The position numbers and the translations under genes were made by a program. Positions 28,547 through 36,524 of a stretch of 64,000 nucleotides of DNA are shown piece by piece. Source of the stretch: Flavobacteriales bacterium (GTDB lineage Bacteria; Bacteroidota; Bacteroidia; Flavobacteriales_F; PHOS-HE28); the NCBI GenBank assembly GCA_016716605.1, contig JADJWA010000002.1, forward strand, positions 88,031 through 152,030, read 5' to 3'. Under the pieces are notes generated by a model. It did not search any database, was not told where the DNA came from, and saw only the letters and a program-made list of their open reading frames with translations. Every line of letters starts with the position of its first letter. Position 1 is the first letter of the stretch.

Positions 28547-29533
28547 ATGCGCACCATTCTCATCCTGTTCGCCACTGCCGCTGCGCTCAGCGCGCACGCC
28601 ACCATCCACCGCGTGAACAACACCGGCATCGCGGTGCCCTTCACCACCTTGCAGGCCGCGCACGATGCGGCGGCCAATGGCGATACCCTCCATGTGGAGC
28701 CCAGCGGCAGCAGCTATGGTGCATGCACCTTCATCAAGCCCTTGGTGGTCATCGGGCCGGGCTACTTCCTGAATTTCAACACCGGCCTTCAGGCCACGGC
28801 GGCCACGGCCATCACCGGCGGGTTGGTCTTTCAGGCGGGGAGCGAAGGTGCCGTGGTGAGCGGCCTGGACGTGCAGGGCGCCACAAGCGTGCGGGCGAGC
28901 TTCGTGCGGATCGAGCGTTGCCGATTCTCGGCTGGCGGGGCGGACCTGTCGATCGCCTATCCGGTGGGCTCACTGGACCTCACCGGCATCGTGGTGAACG
29001 GCTGCCACGTGGCGAATGGCTTCGTGGTGGGCTACAGCGGAACCACCATCAATGATCTGACGATCAGCAACACGATCGCGCGCACGTTCAACTTCGCAAC
29101 GGGGGGCAGCACGTCCGGCGAGTTGATCAACTGCATCGGGCTGGGCAGCGGCACCACCGCGCTCTTCGGCGGCAGCGGCATGTCCATCAGCAACTGCGTA
29201 TTCGGGCCCTTCGTCACGCCGGGCACCTCGGCCTATGCGAACAACATCTTCGCCGCGGACCCCGTGCCGGCCACCAATGGCAACCAGATCAACGTGGACC
29301 TGAGCACCGTGTTCGTGGGCGGCACGGGCGATGCGCAATACCAGCTCGCCGCTGCATCGCCCGGCATCGGTGCCGGCACCGGAGGAGCGGATTGCGGCAT
29401 CTTCGGCGGCATCGAGCCCTACCGGCTCAGCGGCATTCCGCCGGTGCCCAGCATCTTCACGCTGAGCGCGCCCACCAGCACGGACCAGGGAACACCGCTG
29501 CAGGTCACCATCAGTTCACGCGCCAACGACTGA
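28547..29533 (+). CDS. Secreted parallel beta-helix repeat protein
   Basis: Trimmed to MRTILILFATAAALSAHA (signal peptide). Gly/Ser/Thr-rich repeats are consistent with a right-handed beta-helix. Confidence 0.6.
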   Translation: MRTILILFATAAALSAHATIHRVNNTGIAVPFTTLQAAHDAAANGDTLHVEPSGSSYGACTFIKPLVVIGPGYFLNFNTGLQATAATAITGGLVFQAGSEGAVVSGLDVQGATSVRASFVRIERCRFSAGGADLSIAYPVGSLDLTGIVVNGCHVANGFVVGYSGTTINDLTISNTIARTFNFATGGSTSGELINCIGLGSGTTALFGGSGMSISNCVFGPFVTPGTSAYANNIFAADPVPATNGNQINVDLSTVFVGGTGDAQYQLAAASPGIGAGTGGADCGIFGGIEPYRLSGIPPVPSIFTLSAPTSTDQGTPLQVTISSRAND

Positions 29534-29537
29534 GGCC

Positions 29538-30296
29538 ATGGCACGCCTGCTATCCTTCCTTGTGGCTGCGGCTACTGCGGTCACGGCTGCGTCCGCGCAA
29601 GAGCTCCAGCGCGGCGAGTACTATTTCGATGTGGATCCCGGCTTCGGCAATGGCACGGCCATCACCTTCACGCAGGCCGCGGAAGTGTCGCTGCCCCTGT
29701 CGCTCGATGTGAGCGCACTGGCACCGGGCGGGCATGTGCTCGGGGTGCGCATGATGGATGATGCCGGCCACTGGGGCCTCACCAGCCGCAGGCTCTTCAT
29801 GGTGCGCAGCATGGCTCCCGGTGGCGACATCGTGCGCGTGGAGTACTTCCTCGATGTGGATCCGGGCTTCGGCAATGCCACTGCGATGGCCACAGCCGCA
29901 GCTCCAGAGATCAATGGCCTGCTGCTGAATGTGCTCACCGACGCGCTCGCGGCCGGTCCGCATACGCTCTCGGTGCGTTCGCTGTCCTCCACCGGCGCAT
30001 GGTCGCTCACGAACTCCATCACATTCGATGTATTCGTGGGCATCGAGGAGCTGGAGCGGCTGGGCATCGCGGCCGGGCCGAATCCGATGGCGGATGAACT
30101 GGTGCTTCGGCGCACATCCAGCGGAGCTCGCGTCGCTGTGGACTTGCTGGATGCCCAAGGCCGGTTGCTGCGCAGTGAACTTTGGTCGAGCGATCGCCTT
30201 GTCCTTTCGACCGGCGATCTGTCCGCAGGAAGCTACCTGCTGCTGCTGCGGATGGAGGGGAGGGATCCCCTTGTGCTGAAGCTGGTGAAGCCCTGA
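29538..30296 (+). CDS. Secreted protein with internal EYYFDVDPGFGN repeats and T9SS C-terminal sorting domain
   Basis: Signal peptide. Two copies of GEYYFDVDPGFGNGTA / VEYFLDVDPGFGNATA. C-terminus LSAGSYLLLLRMEGRDPLVLKLVKP. Confidence 0.75.
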   Translation: MARLLSFLVAAATAVTAASAQELQRGEYYFDVDPGFGNGTAITFTQAAEVSLPLSLDVSALAPGGHVLGVRMMDDAGHWGLTSRRLFMVRSMAPGGDIVRVEYFLDVDPGFGNATAMATAAAPEINGLLLNVLTDALAAGPHTLSVRSLSSTGAWSLTNSITFDVFVGIEELERLGIAAGPNPMADELVLRRTSSGARVAVDLLDAQGRLLRSELWSSDRLVLSTGDLSAGSYLLLLRMEGRDPLVLKLVKP

Positions 30297-30300
30297 GAGC

Positions 30301-30345
30301 GTTAGCCTCCGCAGGGACTCCCGACGCAGGAGGGGACCCTGCGGC
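30301..30345. repeat. REP-like palindromic element
   Basis: GTTAGCCTCCGCAGGGACTCCCGACGCAGGAGGGGACCCTGCGGCAC. Confidence 0.6.
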
Positions 30346-30588
30346 ACTGTAAGCGCCCACTCCAGGGTTCCCTACGAGATACTTTGCGGAGGCGTGAACG
30401 AGCCGGGCTGATGCTGGCGCACACCAGAGTCTATCTCAAGAAATGATTCTAGCAGCGAGCGAGAGCTAATCCGCGACCAGGCAAGGCACGGGAACCGAGC
30501 ATGGCCTATAGCTCATTGAAGCTTTCCGCAACGCCGCATGGGAGCGGAAGACCCTCGCGCAGCCCAAAGGGTATTCGTGCGACAGCCT

Positions 30589-31035
30589 CTAGGTCAGCTG
30601 CAATCTCATGCTGATTGTGTCCCCACACCGGGATTCTTCCTTGAACCCGGCTTTCTGGTAGAGTTTCAGCGCCGGGGCATTCGACGCATCCACCGCGAGC
30701 GCGACGAACGCCCCCGTGTACGCGAAAGTGCGTCGGCCGAAATCGATCCCTTGCTGAAGCAGGTCCATGCCATGGCCCCTGCCGACCAGGGCCGGATGCA
30801 ACGCCATGCCGATCCACATGACCTGTTCCACGAAAGTGAACTCGAACAAGCCGACCAATGCGCGCTCATGGCATACGGCGAACCCGGTGCAGCCACCCGG
30901 ACCTTTCAGCGCACCCATGCCGTCCTGCGCGGTGAAGTAGGGGTCCATGAACAACTGCTTCTCGTGCCCGGTGTACCGCCATGTCGCGATCTCCCTGGCT
31001 TGCGCGACCGTGATCGGATGGAAGTCGAGGATCAT
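30589..31035 (-). CDS. GNAT family N-acetyltransferase
   Basis: 148 aa trimmed from the long ORF. Acetyl-CoA binding motif LVGRGHGMDLLQ and a GNAT beta-strand pattern. Confidence 0.8.
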   Translation of the reverse strand: MILDFHPITVAQAREIATWRYTGHEKQLFMDPYFTAQDGMGALKGPGGCTGFAVCHERALVGLFEFTFVEQVMWIGMALHPALVGRGHGMDLLQQGIDFGRRTFAYTGAFVALAVDASNAPALKLYQKAGFKEESRCGDTISMRLQLT

Positions 31036-31192
31036 GCTGTGATGCGGTGCCGCGTACAGGATCACACAATGTACGCCGCAGTGCAGGAGGCGCTCTCCGT
31101 GGCAGGCGGTGCAGGCGCCCGCATTCGCGAGCGAGCGTCCACGCTCGTGCTCTGCCTGCCCTGCACCACCGCCGGGCCTCCTGAGGCATGTG

Positions 31193-31283
31193 GGGAGCCT
31201 GCGGCCATGGCGTACTGCAGGGTCCACTGAGAGTGACCACGCGTGCCCTTCGGCCTTCGAAGGGTCTTCCGTGCTCGGGGACC
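31193..31283. repeat. REP-like palindromic element(s) adjoining repeat B copy 4
   Basis: GGGGAGCCTGCGGCC...CTGCAGGGTCCAC...GGGGACCCTGGGTG. Confidence 0.5.
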
Positions 31284-31400
31284 CTGGGTGCCGTGCTATT
31301 TGAAGATTTGAGCGGCTTGGCGCCCCCCAATCGCCCCAACCTTCGACACCTACCACTGGCCAAAGGCAGGCTGCTTCGCTGACAAAGGAGAAGCTGATCG
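31259..31400 (+). repeat. Repeat family B, copy 4
   Basis: GGGTCTTCCGTGC...CCTTCGACACCTACCACTGGCCAAAGGCAGGCTGCTTCGCTGACAAAGGAGAAGCTGATCG. Confidence 0.65.
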
Positions 31401-31410
31401 TTGAGGGGAG

Positions 31411-31884
31411 GTGACGATCCTCACGCAATGCCCAGACCATTACGCGGACATTCGTGTCCGATATCTCCTCAACATGAGCGGCAGGCACAACATCGCGTTC
31501 GGTTTCCTCTTCATGGGCCTCTTCATGGTCTATGGTTTCCTGCTCATTTACCTGCGCGATTTTTCGCCGGACAAGGAAGCGTGGATCGCGAGCGATGGGA
31601 ACGGCCCGCACTTCGAAGCACGCCTGGCCCATGTGCACGGCAACCTGTTCGCCTTCCTCAACATCGTGATCGGTTTCCTGCTCCTGCGCAGCGCCATGCC
31701 CGCCAAGCAGCACCGCACCATTGCATGGCTGGCGCTCCTGGGCATGTTGATGCCGGTGGGCATCCTGCTGGAGATCTACCTGCATGCCTCGCCCATCTTC
31801 GTGCTCCTCGGCGCCGTGCTCATCGTGCTCGCCGTGGTGCTCTTGGGCCTTTACTTCCTGCGTAACAAAGACCCCCTTTCATGA
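31411..31884 (+). CDS. Hypothetical integral membrane protein
   Basis: Four TM helices. An alternative start is MSGRHNIAFG at 31474. Confidence 0.6.
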   Translation: MTILTQCPDHYADIRVRYLLNMSGRHNIAFGFLFMGLFMVYGFLLIYLRDFSPDKEAWIASDGNGPHFEARLAHVHGNLFAFLNIVIGFLLLRSAMPAKQHRTIAWLALLGMLMPVGILLEIYLHASPIFVLLGAVLIVLAVVLLGLYFLRNKDPLS

Positions 31885-32234
31885 GAACCGTCCTCATTGC
31901 TATTGCCATCACCGCCGCCATGCACACCAACGCCCAAGACCCTGCTGCGCGCCTTGCGGACGCCGCCGCCTACGATGCGGCCAAGTTCCAGAACACCTTG
32001 GTGCTGAACAACGGGAACGCCAAGGCGATGGTGTTCGCGCTGAAAGCAGGTCAGGATGTTCCGCCGCATTCCTCACCTGCGGATGCGCTCTTCACGGTGC
32101 TTGATGGGGAGGCCACCGTGACCATCAAGGACGTGGTGCACCAGGTGGCAGCCGGTGAGTACATCCTGCTACCCATGGGCGTCGATCACCACATCAAAGC
32201 GGCGAGCGATATGAAGTTCATGCTGGTGAAGTAG
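31881..32234 (+). CDS. Cupin-domain protein (secreted)
   Basis: Signal peptide. Conserved cupin His residues (VPPHSS...GEYILLPMGVDHHI). ATGA overlap with the upstream gene. Confidence 0.8.
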   Translation: MRTVLIAIAITAAMHTNAQDPAARLADAAAYDAAKFQNTLVLNNGNAKAMVFALKAGQDVPPHSSPADALFTVLDGEATVTIKDVVHQVAAGEYILLPMGVDHHIKAASDMKFMLVK

Positions 32235-32463
32235 GTCGACCGTGAGGGCTTCTGCGCCCACCACGCGTGTGATCGCGGTCGTGAAGGACCCGCCCCACCG
32301 CGCATGTGCGCCTTAAGCCCGCGCAGGCTCTCCTTTCTTATTGGTCCCGGCGTTCCTTTGGAATAACCCGGAGGCGGATGCCGAAAGAGAAGACCACGGA
32401 TCGCAATTCCGCAGGAGAGGGGGAAGCGGCGGCCCATTGCGCGGTGCGCCTATGCAGCCCCCC

Positions 32464-32835
32464 TCACCCCTTCATCCTTTCCTTCAGCTCCTCTTCGCTC
32501 ACGCTCCATTCCCTGCCGGGCCTGCTGCCCTCGATGCGGTAGAAGAAGCAGCCGCGCTCGAAGCTCCACTTGCGCTGCACGATGCGTCGGCGCACCATGG
32601 GGCCGAGCTGCACATAGGCGCCGGTGCTGAACGCGGCGTGGGCCAGCATGGCGCGCACGATATCGGCCTGGCTCACATTCCAGTGGATCTGCAGCGGCTC
32701 GTTGGGCGGCTTGGCGTGTATGGTGTACACCCAATGAAGCACCGGGTGCGGTGCGCGCCATACGATGGGCCACACGCCCTGTGACCAGGGCACCAGGCCA
32801 TTCACCGGGCAGGGGGTGCTGGGCAGCGACGGCAT
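32464..32835 (-). CDS. Hypothetical protein (weak)
   Basis: Only the C-terminal roughly 120 aa of the 211-aa ORF looks protein-like. No motif recognised. Confidence 0.3.
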   Translation of the reverse strand: MPSLPSTPCPVNGLVPWSQGVWPIVWRAPHPVLHWVYTIHAKPPNEPLQIHWNVSQADIVRAMLAHAAFSTGAYVQLGPMVRRRIVQRKWSFERGCFFYRIEGSRPGREWSVSEEELKERMKG

Positions 32836-33150
32836 TCGCGTCAAAGTCGAGGCCCAGAAAGAACAACGCGGGAGCGGCTGCGCGGCGGCGAGTTTTGAAC
32901 AGCGGGGCGCTGCGCGCAGGTGCGAACGCACATGTGCCAACCGGCTCAAGGACATCTTGACCCGGGACATCGTTGACACGAACATCGTGTTCAGTTGCGT
33001 GGTGGGTTGCAGGCTCTTCTGAGGGCGTTGGTGCGGATCGTGGAAGCGGTGATCCGTGGCAACCAGCCAGGCCTCTGTGCAACGGATCGGTGATCCCAAG
33101 GCGCTCTAACGGCTCTCGTTCTGAGCATGCCCGCCCGATACCTTTGTTGC

Positions 33151-33480
33151 ATGCTTGCCGATCTGATCAATGGCCACCGCCAGCAGTTCATAAGCCTGTG
33201 CCGCGCACACAAGGTGAAAGAACTCTATGCCTTCGGCTCGGCGGTGGATGGACCTTTCCGCGACGACAGCGACGTGGACCTGCTGGTGGAGGTGCAAGGC
33301 GGCGATCCAGTGGAGACCGGCGAACGGCTCTGGTCCTTCTGGGACAGCATGGAAGTGTTCTTCCACCGCAAGGTGGACCTGCTCACACCCTCCTCCTTGC
33401 AGAACCCGGTGAAGAAGCGCGCCATCGACCGTTCCAAGCAACTCATCTACGATGGAGCGACTGGAAGGCTGCTATGCTGA
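33151..33480 (+). CDS. Nucleotidyltransferase-domain antitoxin (MntA-like, type VII TA)
   Basis: Minimal nucleotidyltransferase motif GSAVDGPFRDDSDVDLLVEV. Confidence 0.8.
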   Translation: MLADLINGHRQQFISLCRAHKVKELYAFGSAVDGPFRDDSDVDLLVEVQGGDPVETGERLWSFWDSMEVFFHRKVDLLTPSSLQNPVKKRAIDRSKQLIYDGATGRLLC

Positions 33481-33790
33481 CATCCTGCGGGCGGTCAAGC
33501 TGATCGAGGCCTTCCTGGCACAAGGCCGGATCGATGGGTTCGAGGCATACACCAAGCACGCGATGGTGAAGAGCGCGGTGGAACGGCAGCTGGGCATCAT
33601 CGGCGAAGCAGTGAACCAGATCCGTAAGCTGGATCCTGTGCATCCGATACCGGAGGCCGATCGCATTGTCCAGTTCCGGAACCGGCTCATCCATTCCTAC
33701 GACAGCATCGACGACCAATTCGTCTGGCCGATCCTCCAGAAGCATATCCCCGAGCTGAAGAGGATCGTGCTGCGCCGCACAAGCAGTTGA
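33452..33790 (+). CDS. HepT-like (HEPN/DUF86) toxin
   Basis: Overlaps the MNT gene by 29 nt. HEPN Rx4-6H motif RNRLIHSYD. Confidence 0.8.
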   Translation: MERLEGCYADILRAVKLIEAFLAQGRIDGFEAYTKHAMVKSAVERQLGIIGEAVNQIRKLDPVHPIPEADRIVQFRNRLIHSYDSIDDQFVWPILQKHIPELKRIVLRRTSS

Positions 33791-34074
33791 TCGCGGAAAT
33801 GGCCTTGTCTGATACAGCAGTAGGTCACCATCCACCGCTCGCGCATTCGTCGATTCGGCTCGGCATTCTAAGCCTCAGCAGGCATTCCGGCGAGCGCCAT
33901 CTCTAGGAGGAACCTCCGCAGTGTGACTCGTCCTGAAATGGGTCTGCGCAAAACAGCGACCCGTGGAAGGCAAGTTCAAGCACAACAAGAACGGCAACTT
34001 CGGATCGCGGTTCCACAGGAGCAGGACAAGTAGCTGCGGGCAGAAGGAAGCGTTTCGGGAGCCCTAAGCAGGCA

Positions 34075-34521
34075 TCACTTCAGCCACGCCCTATTCCTGC
34101 GGAAATACACCAGGAAGCCCGCCGGGATGAAGCAGTAGAAGAACAGCAGCACCGCCATGAAGGACAGATACACGGTCATGAGCCAAAGCAGCATGACGCA
34201 CACCGTGGCGAGGAGGTGCACGATGTTCGATGCCACGTAGATGCGGAGGCCGAGCCGCCTGCCCAGCAGCATGAAGGCGGCGCCGATCGCGGCCCCTGCG
34301 CAGGAGAGGATCACGGCCAGCATCAGGATCTGGAGGGGCACCACGGCGCCGGTGCCCACGCCCCCGTTCTCGATGCCCGTGTACAGCATGCCGGCCTTGA
34401 ACAGGTTGGTGACGATGAGGAAGATGTTGCCCAGGATGGTGAGCAAGCAGAGCACCGTGAACAGGCGGGGGGCTTGAGGGGGCACGGGATCGAACGTACG
34501 GCGATGCGGTTCCATGGCCAC
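34075..34521 (-). CDS. Hypothetical integral membrane protein
   Basis: 148 aa with four TM helices. Confidence 0.55.
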   Translation of the reverse strand: MAMEPHRRTFDPVPPQAPRLFTVLCLLTILGNIFLIVTNLFKAGMLYTGIENGGVGTGAVVPLQILMLAVILSCAGAAIGAAFMLLGRRLGLRIYVASNIVHLLATVCVMLLWLMTVYLSFMAVLLFFYCFIPAGFLVYFRRNRAWLK

Positions 34522-34607
34522 GTAGGTGGTTCAACCGAAGCAGGCGATCCGACTCAAGCCTTTGCAGCAGTGACTGCAGACGATGGGATACCGCGATGCT
34601 GGCCGGA

Positions 34608-36242
34608 TCACTCCACCACCACGGCGATCCGCTTCGCCGCAGCACCGCTGCCCAGCTCCAGCACATAGCCGCCCGGCGCCAGGGCACGCACATCGAGGGT
34701 GAGCGATCCGTTGGAACCGGAGCGCTTGGCCAAGGCCACGCGGCCCATGGCATCGAGCAGCCGCACGTCCGTGCTGGCCGACACCCCGGTAACCGTAATG
34801 GTCTCATCGGCTGGTTGCGGATAGACACGCAGGCCCATGGCCACGGCATCGGCTACGCCCACCGTGCCGAAGTACACGGGCGCGCTCGTGCTCTGGCATC
34901 CGTTCGCATCGGTGATGGTCACGCTGTAGTTGCCGTTGGCCAACGGAGCCCACTCCTGTTCGATGGCACCGGCGATGAGCTCGCCGTCGAGGTACCACTG
35001 GTACGTTGAAGCAGGCGTGGAGCTCATGGTCATGCCCAGGTTCGTCACCACGGGCATGGCAGGCGCATCGAGCACATCGATGGCCACGGTGGTGTCGTGC
35101 GCGCAACCGAAGGCGTCGGTGCCGTAAACGGTCCAAGTGAAATCGCTCGGCGGCCAGGCGCTGATGGCATCGCCGGTATTGCCGCTGATGAAGAGGTTCG
35201 GGCTCCACTGGTAGTTGAGCGCGCCCACCGCGCTGAGCGCTGCGGTATCGCCGGGGCACAGGGTACTGTCCACAGCCGAGGCGATCACCGTGGGCAGCTC
35301 ATGCACGGTCACCGTCACCGCATCGTCGTCCTGGCAGCCGTTGGCATCGGTGACCACCACGGTATAGGTGGTGGTCTCGGTGACGGTGACCACCGGGTTC
35401 GTGATGGCGGGGTTGCTCAACCCGGTGCTGGGCGACCATTGGTAGCTGCTCCCTCCGGAGGCTTGCAGCTGCCCGGTCTGCCCGATGCACACATCCTCGT
35501 CCGGCCCGGCCGAGGCATTGGGCGGGGCGTGCACGAGGATGTAATCGCTCAGCTGCAGCTCATCGGGGCCGTTGGCGGTCACCACGCTCAGCACCACATC
35601 GAAGCTCCCGGGGTTGGGGTACAGCACCAGCGGATCCGGCTCGGTGCTCGTGGTGGGCACGCCGCCCTCGAAGTACCACACGTAGCTGCTCGGCGATCCT
35701 AGGCTGGCGTCGGTGAATTGCACCGAACCACCGGGGCAGAAGCTCACATCGCTGGCGGTGAAGCTGGCGGCGTGCGCATCGTACTCCAGGGTGAGCCCGC
35801 TCACCACCGGGTCGTTGAAGGAGGAGCAGCCCACGCCCGGATAGCACGAATCCTGCACGCGCACGCGACCGGTGACCGAGCCTGCGCCGGTGGCGATCGC
35901 GTTGGTGAGGTTGGCGTTCGAGATGTTAGCCGTGCGGCTGAAGGTGACGCACTCCGTTACGTTGCCGGTCTCGTAATAGACCTGCGTCCACGCATCCGCG
36001 CCGGTCTCCAGTTCGATCCAGATCTTGCTGCTTCCGCCGAAGACCTGCTGCCAGCAAGCCAGCCAGCCGAAATCGAGCGAGGCGCCGCCGCCCGTGGGCG
36101 CGGTCGTGTTCGGGAAGGTGAACTCCACCCAGCTGTTGAGCTGCGAGCCTTGGATGTTCGGCAGCGTCTGCGAATACGGGATCTGCGCGCTGGCATGCAC
36201 GCAGGTGAAGAGGAAGAGGATGGCGGTGATGAGGTGGCGCAT
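34608..36242 (-). CDS. Secreted multi-domain (PKD/Ig-like) protein with T9SS C-terminal sorting domain
   Basis: Signal peptide. Repeated PKD-like stretches (TYTVVVTDANGCQDDDAVTVTV). C-terminus RLLDAMGRVALAK...GGYVLELGSGAAAKRIAVVVE. Confidence 0.8.
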   Translation of the reverse strand: MRHLITAILFLFTCVHASAQIPYSQTLPNIQGSQLNSWVEFTFPNTTAPTGGGASLDFGWLACWQQVFGGSSKIWIELETGADAWTQVYYETGNVTECVTFSRTANISNANLTNAIATGAGSVTGRVRVQDSCYPGVGCSSFNDPVVSGLTLEYDAHAASFTASDVSFCPGGSVQFTDASLGSPSSYVWYFEGGVPTTSTEPDPLVLYPNPGSFDVVLSVVTANGPDELQLSDYILVHAPPNASAGPDEDVCIGQTGQLQASGGSSYQWSPSTGLSNPAITNPVVTVTETTTYTVVVTDANGCQDDDAVTVTVHELPTVIASAVDSTLCPGDTAALSAVGALNYQWSPNLFISGNTGDAISAWPPSDFTWTVYGTDAFGCAHDTTVAIDVLDAPAMPVVTNLGMTMSSTPASTYQWYLDGELIAGAIEQEWAPLANGNYSVTITDANGCQSTSAPVYFGTVGVADAVAMGLRVYPQPADETITVTGVSASTDVRLLDAMGRVALAKRSGSNGSLTLDVRALAPGGYVLELGSGAAAKRIAVVVE

Positions 36243-36524
36243 GGGGGCTGTGGCTTGGTGCGGCGAAATAACGCAATCGCTTCCGGCGACCTCTCAGAAC
36301 TGCCACTCAACACCGCCAATCGGAGCCGTCACTCCGGATCGCCACTCGGAGCGGTTTGTTCATTGGCGTCCATTCCTATTCATGGTGATTGCTCGTGAAG
36401 CGAAACCGAGAACTGAATCTTTCCTCTTCCGCAATAGTGCCTTCACGGCCACCGTTGCTCCGTTCGGAACGCGCGTGCGCCTTGGAACCCGCACCGCTAC
36501 TTTCACCGCATCCTTCACGCCACC

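Noticed and set aside
31035-31785. Upstream 250 codons of the 398-aa minus ORF containing the GNAT domain
   Set aside because: It overlaps the plus-strand multi-TM gene 31411-31884 and repeat family B copy 4. Only the 148-aa GNAT portion from the ATG at 31035 was kept.
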